DNA from: Mustelus asterias
Lineage: Eukaryota
Reading direction: 5' to 3'
Length of the DNA stretch: 64,000 nucleotides
Assembly (NCBI RefSeq): GCF_964213995.1
Contig: NW_027590261.1
Span: forward strand, 1 to 64,000
Under the pieces are notes generated by a model. It made no database searches and was not told the DNA's origin. It was given only the letters and a program-made list of their open reading frames with translations. Below, piece after piece: positions 1 to 11,079 of the stretch (position 1 is the stretch's first letter; each line of letters starts with the position of its first letter). The translations under genes and the position numbers were made by a program.

Positions 1-7
1 ATACTTT

Positions 8-115
8 TTGAAGGATGTGAGGCATCCCGCCTCCACCACCCTCTCAGGCAGTGCATTCCAGACTATCACCACCCTCTGGGTAAAGTTTTTCCTCAAATCC
101 CCCCTAAACCTCCAA
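8..115 (-). mobile_element. CR1-type LINE 3' ORF2 fragment
   Basis: gcctccaccaccctctcaggcagtgcattccag...accaccctctgggt matches the reverse complement of the 'FFTQRVV..WN.LP..VVEA' region of the other CR1 copies in this window. Confidence 0.6.
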
Positions 116-480
116 CCCCCCACTTTTACGGCGGGCGGCACGGAGCCACCAACTAGCCCTAGCCCCTCCCCGATCCCACCCCCAGGATCGGTGGAGGAGG
201 GGTTCCCCCCGGGCTCACCTTTCCCGGATTGCGGGCCCCCGTGCGACGGCGGCCCAGTCGCCCCCTCCGCCCCAGACGCTTGGACACCCCCCAGGTCCGG
301 TGTATCCTTCGGACTTAGCGTCCACCAAAGACAACAGAGTAAAAGGATGTTCACAATGTTCTGGACACAAATGGTTTCTCTTTATCTGTTCCCTGACCTC
401 TTTGTGGTAAAGGCAGAATTCTCTGGATAGTAAATTTAAAAAGAAGTTTATTGAATGAAAAAGGTTTACTGAACAACTGA

Positions 481-756
481 GCACGGTGGCACAGTGGTTA
501 CTGCTGCCTTACAGCGTCCCGGCTTGGGTCCCTGTCTGTGCGGAGTCTGCACATTCTCCCCATGTCTGCATGGGTTTCCTCCAAGTCCTCCGGTTTCCTC
601 CCACAGCCCAATGATGTGCAGGTTAGGTGGATTGGCCATGCTAAATTCTCATTCAGTGTACCTGAACAGGCGCCAGAATGTGGCAACTAGGGGAATTTCA
701 CAGTAATTTCATTGCAGCGTGAATGTAAGCCTACTTGTGACTAATAAATAAACTTT
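481..756 (+). mobile_element. tRNA-derived SINE (HE1-like), tail type A
   Basis: Head gcacggtggcacagtggtta, core tgtctgtgcggagtctgcacattctcccc, tail ttcattgcagcgtgaatgtaagcctacttgtgactaataaataaacttt. About 20 related copies occur in the window. Confidence 0.85.
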
Positions 757-1167
757 AAGACATTGACTTTCACAACTTCATGCGGGTGATCGGTCCGTAG
801 AAGAGTAACCCTCTCTGGCTCCTTCTTTCACAGGAATTTCCTTGGAACTCAGCCTCGGGAGTTTTCAGAATTTGGTTCACAAGGAAGACCTTCAGAACCT
901 CTACTTTTATCCCCAAAGTGACCGTTACCTCACGTCAGAGTTGGGCCTGTTGGAACATGACAATTGGTCAATTTGGTCACCAGATTAATTGAATTGGATC
1001 CTCAATTACTGACACCACTTTCGCTCATTATCTTAGACAGGAATACAAGAGAACTGGTTCATGCTGTCCCTTTAACTGATTCTATACAATCCCCTTATTC
1101 ACACAGTTTCAAATGTTGAGGCTAATCAGAGCTTGAAGATCTCTCTCGCCAGTACACTACGCCAGCT

Positions 1168-1472
1168 GCGGCACGGTGGCACAGTGGTTGGCATTGCTGC
1201 CTCACAGCGCCAGGGATCTGGTTTCGATTCTCGTTTTGGGTCACTGTCCATGTGGTGTCTGCACGTTCTCCCCGTGTCTGCGTGGGTTTCCTCCAGCCGC
1301 TCCTGTTTCCTTCCCCAGTCTGAAAGACGTGCTGGTTTGGTGCATTGGTCATGCTAAATTCTCCCTCAGTGTAACCCGAACAGGCGCCGGATGTGGCGAC
1401 TGGAGGATTTTCACAGTCACTTCATTGCAGTGTTAATGTGAACCTACTTGTGACACAAATAAATAAACTTTA
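1168..1472 (+). mobile_element. tRNA-derived SINE (HE1-like), tail type A
   Basis: A-box head gcggcacggtggcacagtgg, B-box-like gtttcgattc, same core and tail as 481-756. Confidence 0.85.
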
Positions 1473-1834
1473 AAAATTTATCTTCATTGCACATTCGTTA
1501 CATACACAGCAATTAAGATTTTACATTTTAACAGCAAATAAAAACTCAGTCTTTTACTATAACGACTGATTCATTAATTGTAACTCAATTAAGGATCACT
1601 GCTTATTCAATCACCATGATGCCCCTCCGTGGCCACAGGTATCCTTAATGGTAGGCATGAACCCAGAATGTTTGAGTGATTCAGGTAGATGACTGAAAAT
1701 TCAATAAAGAAACTCTCACGTATGTTTGAGTTACATTGCTGGAAGTAAGCTTCCCAGCGCTGCTCCAATTACGTTTGCATAAGGAATATGGAGTTTAGGG
1801 AATGCAGTTGATGAAAAGATCAACAATTGTCTTC

Positions 1835-2150
1835 GAATCCATACAGTGCAAAAGGAGGCCATCAAGCTCTTCGAGTCTGCAGTGACTCTCCGACAGGGTA
1901 TATTTTCCTGGTCCTCTCCCCTGCTCCATCACCGTAACCCCACAGACTTTTCGTGGCGATTTATTCTAACCCACAAATTTCTGACAAGTTGGCATGCTGA
2001 ACGCATCTAACCTGCACATCATTGAACTGTCGGAGGAAAAGGGGCACCCCACACAGACACTGGGAGCATCTGCAAACTCCACGTAGCCTGGAACTGAACC
2101 CGGATTCCTGGAATTATGAGGCAGCAGTGCTAACCACTGTGACACCACTG
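1835..2150 (-). mobile_element. diverged HE1-like SINE, tail type B
   Basis: Reverse-complement head (gcagcagtgctaaccactgtg) and tail (atacagtgcaaaaggaggcc). Confidence 0.7.
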
Positions 2151-2664
2151 TACCAATTAATGACAGTCAAGCACGCACGATGGGGTGAAGGGCCCATCGC
2201 ACGATCTGCAAATGTTCTGAATTTACAGAATTTCTTTGGTGGTTTACACACTTCGCTGTGCGGATGTGAGCAGTGAGGATAAGGTGGTGCTGCTCCATTG
2301 GATGACTGTCAATGAAACGCGAAATACAGCCATGGTCTGCTCCGCTACTTTTGCCTTCACTGACTTTGCCCGGGTGCAGACAGCAGCGGAATGAATCGTT
2401 TCAGTAATTGCTGATGGCGAGTAGTGGGGCTGATCAACAAGGAAGGATCACTGCTTAAATCCGGTGAACATTATCCATTTCCAACCAATCCAAGAGCAGA
2501 GGACACACGTGATCTTAAGTTTATGTCGTTAACTTTAGCTGTTTCTTATTTACACCGCCATTCTCATGGTCTCTGGTAATGACGGATTCATTAAATGAGA
2601 CAAATAGAAAGGACACATTGATTTTCAGGTAGCAATGTGAAAACTCCGCAACGACGGTAAGTCA

Positions 2665-2680
2665 CGCCACCTGCTGGTGG
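2665..2680 (-). promoter_or_regulatory. CTCF-like motif
   Basis: Minus strand CCACCAGCAGGTGGCG matches the CTCF core CCASYAGRKGGCR. It lies ~390 bp upstream of the leader of the V pseudogene at 3066. Confidence 0.55.
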
Positions 2681-3065
2681 TTTCGGGTAGCTTTGTTTGT
2701 CGAGTTTGTCAAAATCGGTTGTCACCCCTTGAATTATTTGAATTAATTTTCAGTCATTTGATAGCGATAAGAAGGTTTACAAAAAATGAGAGGTTGGTAT
2801 AACAGAGAGACGGAAGCAATGAGACAGAGTTATGATGAAAGTCACATGAGACACAGAAGGAACCAGAAAATGCAATTCTTTACAGCTCTCATTTATTGGC
2901 GGGGAATATCCATCAGTTCCGGCAGAGTAGCCAATCCTGTCTCTTGGAAATGCCCCTCAGTTCCTCAAAAAATAAAACCAGATTATAACAGGGGCTACCC
3001 TTTACACTGGATTGGAATCACCGGCAGAATTAGAGCATTTTGTTACTTTGCATCGAGATGTATAC

Positions 3066-3503
3066 ACGGAAACCATCTGTTCTCCATGCTCCTTACTGAT
3101 TATAATGATCTTGCTGCCCGGCGGGTCCATTATTAAATGGTAACCATGTCATCCAGTGGTTATTTTTAAACCCTGACTTTTGAGCCAATCTGTATTTGTG
3201 TGACAGGAATGAGTGGCAAAACTTCAGTGTTCCAGGCTCATTTCGAATTAACAATTCGGGAAGGACAGTGTGGACTGGACTGCCGTTACTTGATAACCTG
3301 CACTACCCCAACTCTACTCTGGTAGATGCAGTATTCCGGGGAAGCTCCGAGATATTTCCTGAAGAAATATAGCTTAGGGGGTTACGAAAGGTCCCCAAAC
3401 GGAGGTTTTCTGCAGATTTGCAGAAGGGAAATGAAACAGTTCCTTTATATCTCGCGGGGGCTCTTCTGTCGGATACTGCCGTGTATTTCCGTGCGATGGA
3501 GCA
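3066..3503 (+). pseudogene. TCR alpha/delta V pseudogene (not in ORF track)
   Basis: Putative leader 3066-3120, (ACG)ETICSPCSLLIIMILLP-G, has lost its ATG and has a GC donor. After the acceptor gacag the exon starts at 3207 and reads GMSGKTSVFQAHFELTIREGQCGLDCRYLITCTTPTLLW*MQYSGEAPRYFLKK..., then after a frameshift RFSADLQKGNETVPLYLAGALLSDTAVYFRAME (second Cys mutated to Arg). An RSS follows. Confidence 0.85.
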
Positions 3504-3542
3504 CACACTGATACAGAGATAGAGCGGATCCAGTCCGAAACC
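3504..3542 (+). other. degenerate 23-RSS of the V pseudogene
   Basis: Heptamer CACACTG (3504-3510), 23-nt spacer, degenerate nonamer TCCGAAACC (3534-3542). Confidence 0.7.
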
Positions 3543-3566
3543 CCCCAGAATGGGAGTTCCAGTTGG

Positions 3567-3585
3567 TGGCCAGAAGATGGCGCTG
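3567..3585 (+). promoter_or_regulatory. CTCF-like motif just downstream of the RSS
   Basis: TGGCCAGAAGATGGCGCTG versus consensus TGGCCACCAGGGGGCGCTA; it starts ~25 bp after the nonamer. Confidence 0.55.
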
Positions 3586-4695
3586 TCACACCGATCATGA
3601 GGGACAAGAATTAAACCCAGTGAGAGTCACAGAAAAGAACAAAATATAACCCCCCATGAGAAGTGAGGAACACTTGCGAAATTGTATGATGTTGATTTTA
3701 ACGCGCGTTCATAATAAAACTCGCCTTTGGAAATCTATTTGATTTATTTCGTTCAATTAGTGTTTTGAAGCTGTTTCCACGCCTGTCTGTAACACTAACC
3801 AACTCTTGTTCATCTCCCCTTTTAGATTTCTGGAGCCTTTGGCCCAAGACCAGTTCTCTGGTTTTATTTGATCAGACTGTGTTGTTGGGTCAGAAACAGT
3901 TTATGAAAAATGAACAGATTTCAGAACTCATTGACTTTGATCATTCAATTGAATTTCACAATCTTTCCCGAACAGTATTCGAATACCCATCTGATTTACA
4001 GAAACGAGGAGCAGCGAGAAACAGATGAACAATGCGGATATGATAAGAAGTTTAATGCTACCCTGGTATTCGGTGGAGACAGTCAGGGAGATGTGGAAAC
4101 TGGCTGCTCTGAACTTCGGATTTATTTGAGAAATTAAAGTCGCAACTTTATGAAATGTGTTCAGGGTGTGGAAGCTGTCTGGAATATAGCAATAGTGATC
4201 AAATAAACGCTATGAACAGCTCACCCTCAAAGGCCCCCAGAAACTGAAAAGGGAGATCGAGCGACGGGTGTTCAATATGGTAAGCAGGCATGGAAAAATA
4301 AGGAAAGGACAAATAGGGACTTCGGGATCAGAGGACGTCGCACAAACATGGAGAACTGTCCGTCTGCTGTGTGTGTGGCGCTTCACGGCCAGGTTTGACG
4401 GATGTTTGGGATTTTATCACCCAGGTCTGATTTTAGAGGAATACAGAGTTGATTAGCAGCAGAAGGGACGATTTAATTGACACATTCATTATGTGATGGA
4501 CTTGTCGGCCTAAAACGGTTCTGCAGTTTGTTTTCTCGGCCTCTCCTGGAAACAGTTGGGTGACAGTTGATCCGAGGTGAATATGGTTTCCTGTCGGTTT
4601 GTGTTTGAGCGGCTGACAGCGCCGCTGCTCATTGTGGCTGCATCTGCCAGAACTTCTATACAGCAGCGAGGAGCTCTGACTTATCTTGCTGAGAC

Positions 4696-4734
4696 AGTTT
4701 TTGTACAGGAGTCAGACTGCTTTCCATCACTGTG
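4696..4734 (-). other. 23-RSS of the intact V segment
   Basis: Minus strand CACAGTG (4734-4728), exactly 23 nt spacer, ACAAAAACT (4704-4696). Confidence 0.95.
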
Positions 4735-5193
4735 AGGCTGAAAGCGCAGTAATACACGGCCGCGTCAGACAACTGCAGATCCGAGATAGTCAAACTGATG
4801 GATTTCTTCGAGGTTTGGAGGTCAGTCGAGAAACGGATTTTAGCAAAATCTGCTTTATATTCAGTACCCCACGAGAGCTTTCTCAGTATGTACTCGGGCT
4901 GGGAGTCTGGCTGCTGTCGGTACCAGTATAAAATATAGCTGGTTTCTGCAGTATCATAGTTGCAGTTTAATGTCACCGCGTCTCCTTCTGTCTTAACATC
5001 TGAGGACAGCGACTGAGTGACAGAATCTCCATGGCTCAGACCTGGAAAATATGTTCGAATAGATAAAGAAAAGAGTGACGAGTACTCAACAGTAAGATTC
5101 AACCCAAGTTTTGGAAATGAGTAAACAAACGTGATGTCCAGATATACCTGTTACAAATGCCCCCCACACAATCCAGATGCCGAGTACCCGCAT
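4735..5193 (-). CDS. Intact TCR alpha/delta variable gene segment (TRAV/TRDV-like); leader exon 5193-5148, V exon 5041-4735
   Basis: Leader MRVLGIWIVWGAFVT-G with a GT donor, 106-nt phase-1 intron, acceptor ttccag. V exon reads GLSHGDSVTQ...VTLNCNY...LYWYRQ...RFSTDL...ISDLQLSDAAVYYCAFS with the canonical Cys, Trp and Cys, followed by a near-consensus 23-RSS. Confidence 0.93.
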
Positions 5194-6059
5194 TGTCTCT
5201 GTCCGCTCTGTAAAGGAGGAATCGGATATTTGAAGACACCCAGTCTCAGAATGCTCACGCGTCAGTTCCGTGTCTCGCCAGTGGCACCGTGAGATTGGTA
5301 ATTGCTCAGATGACTGTTAGTGAATGGAAGCTCTCCAACTTGTCCTCCATTCGGTGTCCCTGTTGGGCGAATTGTTCCGCTTTGGAAACGGGATGTCAAG
5401 AAAAAAAAACTTCATTTTGTTATTGGAACGGAGGAGCAAGGAGTATTGATTGATTTGGTGGATTTCCAATCAATGTTCTGTGCACATTCTCTTAGCTTTC
5501 GCATCCGAGCATTAGTGCCTGAGACTCCAGTGAGAGTCCAGAGAACGGTGGAGGCTGAGGGCCACAGAATAATTTTAAAGCTGAGTGAAACCAACATTTT
5601 AACTAAAATTTATGCCACGGTTCAAGAAGATCAAGGCAGCAAAGTGGATTTAAACGGAAGATCAGATGAACTGTAATCTGACTGAATGGTAGAGCAGATT
5701 TGCAGGCAGCCTAATTTTTGTGTTCGAATGTTCAGATATCAGTGGATGGGCTGTGAGATACTTTGCAATCTTCGTTGTTTTACTAAAGGAACAGGGAAGT
5801 CGATCAGTGAGCTCTAGTTGCCTGTTTATTGTTCCTGAGATAATGTAAAAAGTGTACTGTGGATGTTGTACTGAAACTTGACCGTGCCTGAAATTAGTAG
5901 GATTAGGATATCAAATTGTTATAGTGCAGCTAATTATGACATTGCCTTTTCTTCAAAGGTCCACTCAGGGACAACAAGATGCACTTGGTAGTTGTGGCCC
6001 CATCTCATATAATATACTGGGAAGTGTCAACTTCAAGAACTTCCGCTTTTTTAACTTAA

Positions 6060-6440
6060 TCATTGTCAACATGGAGTCACTGGAAAAGTAATTCATGGAC
6101 CCAGAATGATGCTTTGGGAAAAGTAGTTCAATCCCATCATATCAACTGGTTACATTTAAATTCGATTTACGAGAAAAGTAGTCAAAATTCTACCCCAGCA
6201 GCTGGTTAAATTTAAATGTGATTAATTGATATTGAAAGCTACTCGCAATGATCGTTCCGAACGCGATCACTGCAAATCCACCTGGTTCACTAATGCACTT
6301 TGTGGAAGGAAATCTGCCTTCCTAGCCTAGCCTGGTCTGTGTGTGACTACAGAACAACTGTAGTCACATAACTAACTCTCAAATAGCCCAGCCCGTTTCA
6401 AGGACAATTAGTGATCGACAAAATCTTGGACTTGTGACCG
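6060..6440 (+). mobile_element. second SINE-like family (diverged)
   Basis: Core ctggttcactaatg...ggaaggaaatctgcc...ctggtctg...gtgtgact is shared with 30350-30730 and 31670-31945. The family name cannot be assigned by eye. Confidence 0.55.
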
Positions 6441-6734
6441 ACACCCAATCAATATTTTTCTTTAAAAAGAGTAGTCATCATTTGATTAATAGTAATACCT
6501 AAATTACAGCAGTCAGGAGAACAGCATATTCTTTACTTTTAATTGGGAAGGAAACGCTAAGTGAAAAAGTGATATATTGACGAGCAGAGGTCCTTCTCCC
6601 GAATCAGTAACGTTGCAGCTCAGGAAATATTCTCCTGGAGTGGAAATACAGATTCACGCCCCCACAACGCTCATAGATCCACCCGCATTTCTGATACAAC
6701 CAGTGCCAAACAAGTAAATCAACAGAAATCTCTT

Positions 6735-7035
6735 CATAGAATCCCGACAGTGCCGAAGGAGGCCATTCAGCCCATTAAGCTTGCACCGACAACAGTCACA
6801 CCAAGGCCCTATCCCCGTAACCCCACGTGTTAATCTCCTAACTCCACTAACACTAAGGGACAATTTAGCATGACTATTCCACCTAACCTGCACATTTTTG
6901 GACTGTGGGAGGAAACGCACGCAGAGACGGGGAGAAGGTGAAAACCCCACACAGACAGTTACCCAAGGCCGGAATTGAACCTGGGCCCCCTTTGCTATGA
7001 AGCAGGAATGCCAGCCATTGTGCCACCGTGTCGCC
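6735..7035 (-). mobile_element. HE1-like SINE, tail type B
   Basis: Runs from catagaatcccgacagtgccgaaggaggcc to ccattgtgccaccgtgtcgcc, the reverse complement of the SINE consensus. Confidence 0.8.
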
Positions 7036-7168
7036 TATTTACTAATACGGGATACATGAAGTGAGAGCAGAACAATGGGACTGCGTGGTTACTGCCAATG
7101 GCAGCGATGTGCGAATGGTGCCAGAGGTTTTGTCGCCATCATTTCAAGTTGGGAGAAATATGTGACGA

Positions 7169-7184
7169 CTGCGCCCTCTGGCGG
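7169..7184 (-). promoter_or_regulatory. CTCF-like motif
   Basis: Minus strand CCGCCAGAGGGCGCAG, a near-perfect CTCF core. Confidence 0.6.
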
Positions 7185-7504
7185 TGACTCAGGTTACGTG
7201 ACGCTGTCCGCAAGTGCAAGGTTGTCGATGGGCCGTCTCCAGCGGGCTTTTACTGAGGGACGTGTTTTCAAACAATGCAACTATATAAATAGACGTGAGT
7301 GAAATATGAGTAACTTGAAAGAACAATGCATTCAGGGTCATTTCTGAATCTCTTCCTTTCTCTCTTTCTCACAGCTTTTGACTTTGTATTTCGCACTCGT
7401 AATGTCTCACTTTCCTTCAATTCTCCTTTCATACTTTTCTGATTTGTTGCCCTCTGCCCGTAATCTTAAACCGAAAACCAATTCCAGGATTTTGACGCAA
7501 GGGA

Positions 7505-7840
7505 GCGGCGTTACGTAGAGCACAGTGATTAGCACTGCTGCTTCACAGCTCGATTCCCAGCTCGGGTCACTGTCTGTGTGGAGTTTGCACATTCTCCTCG
7601 TGTCTGCGTGGGTTTCCTCCGGGTGCTCCGGTTTCCTCCCACAGTCCAAAGATGTGCGGGTTAGGTTGATTGGCCATGCTAAAAATTGCCCCTTAGTGTC
7701 CTGAGATACGTAGGTTAGAGGGATTAGCGGGTAAAATTAGCAGGGAAATGGGGTTGGGCTTTGGTGCGATTGTGGTCGGTGCAGACTCGATGGGCCAACT
7801 GGCCTCTTTCTGCACTGTAGCGTTTCTATGATTCTATGAT
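7505..7840 (+). mobile_element. HE1-like SINE, tail type B
   Basis: Core gggtcactgtctgtgtggagtttgcacattctcc; tail ctgcactgtag...ttctatgattctatga. Confidence 0.85.
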
Positions 7841-8499
7841 ATGGTTCAAAATGAGGATGGTGTGCGGCTTGAAGGGGTGTTCTCATGCAGCTGTTCCTCT
7901 TATCCTTCTAGATGGAAGAGATTCCGGGTTCGCAAGGTGCTGTCGAAGCAGGCTTGACGGATTAATATAATCACAATGTAAAGTACATGCATCAACTTCT
8001 AGTGTAGGATTGTGATTTTGTTGGTTAACAAATAAGGAACTGTGGACGCCGTTATTTTTAAGCAGATTTGTTTATTGATGAGAAACGTTGTGCAAACATT
8101 GTTGCCCAGTCTGCCCAGAGACATTGGAATGCAATGATTTATAGAGTCCACTCTCCAGGCCTCTTGTGCCATCCACCTCCTGCTCTTCCAGTTACCATGC
8201 CCTAAAAGGGCATTGGTGACCATGAATGTCCTTATCATTCTGTGACTGTTTATTTCAAATTATTCCAGCGGATTGCCATTGACCTCTGCAGTATTGTTGA
8301 CCAGGCATCTGTTCCGTTCCCATCACCTGCCATCAGGAATACTGAAAGGATTTACACAGCACACAACCCCAGAATAGAGGGACGACACTATAGAACCGAT
8401 TTGACTTTAATGTCTCTTTCCCGGGTGACTGTTTGCGTGCCAGGCAACCATCTTATGTGCACCCATCTGTATATGGGTACACATAAGATGGGACTTAAT

Positions 8500-9100
8500 A
8501 GACATTAAACCCCCACCCCATCAACATCCTGGGAGTTGACAGAAAACTGGACCCAGGAATATAAATACAGTGGCTACCAGAGCTGATCAAAGGTTAGGAA
8601 TCCTGCGGCGAGTAACTCACCTCCTGACTCCCCAAAGCCTGTCCACCATCTACAAGGTACAAGTCAGGTGTGAGATGGAATACCCTCTACTTGCTTGGAT
8701 GAGTGTAGCTGCAACCACACTCAAGAGGCTCGACAGAATGCAGGACAAATCAGCCCGCTTGATTGCTACCCATTGCATGAACATTCATTCCTGCCACCAC
8801 AGACGAACAGTGACAGCCGTGTGCACCATCTGCAGGATACACTGCAGCAACTCACCAAGGTTTTTTTTTGGGCAGCCCAATCCAAACACACGAGCACTGC
8901 CATCTAGGAGAAGAAGGGCAGCGGGCACATGGGAACACCACAACCTCGAGGTTCCCTTCCAAGTTATTCTACATCCCTACATGGAAATATATCGTTGTTC
9001 CTTCACGGTCACTGGGTCAAATCACTGGAACTCCCTCACTAACAGCACAGTGTGTGTACCTGCACATCAGGGACCACAAGAAGGCAGTTCACCACCACAC
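8500..9100 (+). mobile_element. non-LTR retrotransposon ORF2 C-terminal fragment (CR1/L2 superfamily)
   Basis: ORF 8570-9151 reads RLGILRR...LSTIYKVQVR.EMEY...AW...LKRLDRMQDKSARLI...HHRR, a typical post-RT LINE region. Related minus-strand pieces lie at ~7850-8240 and ~24190-24660. Confidence 0.7.
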
Positions 9101-9109
9101 AATACACCA

Positions 9110-9510
9110 ATGTCAGCTGTGGGAATAGACTATCTTCGTGCTGCGAGGTGAGTCTCTGTGTCCCGGATTTATAATAATAGTTGTGTTGCTAAGTGAGTCT
9201 GTGTGGAGGTTATTCTACATCTCATTTGTTATGAACTTCAGCAGACTTTGATCCATTCTGCATTGAGTTATCGGACGAATGCCGAGGAGTCGGTGTCCGT
9301 GGGCTCATCTGAGTTAACAATTCTGGATGAACAGCCGGTAATTTTCTGCTATATTACCTCCACTTCTGAGCGGATCCTTCAGCTGATAGCTCGATACTCC
9401 TGGTATCTGCTTACTATATAAATCGCGGCATGGGGTTTAGTCTCGAGATTTACCAAAGTGTTTCTATGATGATTTGAACAAGGTCAAATTGTCTGGTAAA
9501 TAGAATCGCC
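9110..9510 (+). pseudogene. highly decayed TCR V relic
   Basis: Donor cgag|gtgagt at ~9148. FR1-like TNAEESVSVGSSELTILDEQ, where GAGTTAACAATTCTGGATGAACAG resembles GAATTAACAATTCGGGAAGGACAG in the 3207 pseudo-V. A later frame gives LLYKSRHG..RDLPKCFYDDLNK (CDR2/FR3-like). No RSS seen. Confidence 0.55.
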
Positions 9511-9564
9511 GCCTTCGTGAACATGTGATCAAAACATCTTCATGGAGTTGTAAATACTCGCTGA

Positions 9565-9603
9565 GGTTTTTGTACGGGGTTTCAGCTGTAATCTAATGCT
9601 GTG
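9565..9603 (-). other. 23-RSS of the second V segment
   Basis: Minus strand CACAGCA (9603-9597), 23-nt spacer, perfect nonamer ACAAAAACC (9573-9565). Confidence 0.93.
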
Positions 9604-10090
9604 TCTCACTGCACAGTAATAGACCGCCCGTCCTCCAAACTGAGGGCGCTTATATTGAGGGAGCCGCTCTGTGTGGACTTGTCAGTAGCCGCCAGATATC
9701 GTCCTGAAACTTCATTTTCCTCCACTACGAATGCATTGGTAATAATCCATCTCGGTGGCTGTGCCGGTTTCTGCTGATACCATTGCATGTAGCTCATCTC
9801 CTTGTCTGTATAGTTACAATCCAACTGCACCGAATCCCCTTCTGATGCTGTTATTGTCACCGGTGACTGAGTTACTGGATCTGCGCACAGTCCACCTGTA
9901 AAGGTAGAGGAATTAAATATCAAGAGTTCATGTAAATTTATAGTTTTTGGAACCTCCCATCTACACCTCACATGGATATTTTTGATGGTTAATTAAATTG
10001 GCATCTTTGTGTATAAATATGTTTCCGTGGTTTGATGAACGTTATCCGGTACTTACTGTGCAAGAGCGCCGCCAGAATGATCAGAAACAT
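9604..10090 (-). pseudogene. TCR alpha V segment with a single 1-nt frameshift in FR3; leader 10090-10057, V exon 9895-9604
   Basis: Leader MFLIILAALLH-S with GTAAGT donor. V exon reads GLCADPVTQSP...VQLDCNY...MQWYQQKP...GSLNISALSLED, then GAC GG GCG GTC TAT TAC TGT GCA GTG AGA, i.e. D-x-AVYYCAVR in the shifted frame. The RSS is intact. Confidence 0.9.
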
Positions 10091-10357
10091 GTCCGACTGG
10101 ATTTATTTCAGTGAATGAGAATGGAGGAGTCAGAGAGTGAGAAAGAGAGCGGGAACCCAGACTCTGCTCCGTTGATTGCAGTGTGTGAGTGAGTGTCAGT
10201 TTATCTGTGTGGGTGTAATTGTGGGGAGGGGAAGTGGAGTCTATTGTGACCTCAGCAGCCTACCATCCATACAGGCTCCAGTGATAATGTCACGTGAGAT
10301 TGTAGCACCGCCCCTCCCCCCAACATCCCTCCCCATTCCAAAACCGGGCTTGAAATT

Positions 10358-10372
10358 GGCGCCCTCTGCTGA
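10358..10372 (-). promoter_or_regulatory. CTCF-like motif in the V promoter region
   Basis: Minus strand TCAGCAGAGGGCGCC, ~270 bp upstream of the leader ATG at 10090. Confidence 0.55.
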
Positions 10373-10579
10373 CAAATGTTGTTTAATGCAAGTTCGCATT
10401 TGGCTGTTGAGTCGATTTCAAGGGTTTACTCCAACACATACCAAGGCACAAATGCTGCCCAGGAATCCGAATTGGTGCTCTGTAGAAAGTCCTTGTTACG
10501 TTTCCTACTTACATCGTAAAATGATGCGGGCATCATTCCTGGAATTCTCTGTTCAAATCCCGGGTACACCGAAGTCCAG

Positions 10580-10930
10580 AGCATACCAAGACTTTGGGAA
10601 AAGTGCGGTGCTGGGGGAGATATTTCCGTGTAAGTCAGAGAGACGAGGATCCAAGGGCACAGCCTCAGAGTAAAGGGACGATCCTTTAAAGTAGAGATGA
10701 GGAGGAATTTCTTCAGCCAGTGGGTGGTGAATCGATGGAATTCATTGCCACAGAAGGGTGTGGAGGTCAGGTCATTGAGTAGATATGTTTTTGATTTGTA
10801 AGGGGATCAAAGTTTCCGGGAAAAGGCGGGAGAATGGGGATGAGAAACTTAGCAGCCACAATTGAATGGCGGAGCAGACTTGATGGGTCGAATGGTCTAA
10901 TGCTATTCCTATATCTTATCGTCTTAAAGG
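10580..10930 (+). mobile_element. CR1 LINE 3' end
   Basis: gagatgaggaggaatttcttcagccagtgggtggtgaat ... tail atatcttatcgtctta. Confidence 0.75.
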
Positions 10931-11079
10931 CTTATGGTTATAAATCAGAATAGTGCCAGGGATCAACAGACTAATTTGGTTTATTTTGCTTACAAACAAG
11001 AAGGTACAAAGGCGACTCAGTTGATATGTTTAGAATTTTCCTCTTTTCAGAGAGTAAAATTTAATATTATAAATTTAAT

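Noticed and set aside
8-430. 140-aa proline-rich ORF at the window start
   Set aside because: It starts in the antisense of a LINE fragment and crosses a GC-rich piece of unknown repeat origin. No domain or splice support.
2312-2662. Leader-like MKREIQPWSAPLLLPSLTLPG and CAATGTG...|GTAAGT resembling a J segment
   Set aside because: No V exon follows the leader. The heptamer has no nonamer at 12 or 23 nt, and there is no FGxG motif.
3820-4140. Possible decayed V (QYSNTHLIYR...KKFNATL)
   Set aside because: No conserved Cys, Trp, YYC or RSS could be aligned.
5480-5600. Possible plus-strand V FR1 relic (VQRTVEAEGHRIILK)
   Set aside because: Only a vague resemblance; it lacks the Cys and runs into LINE debris. 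An HMM search would be needed.
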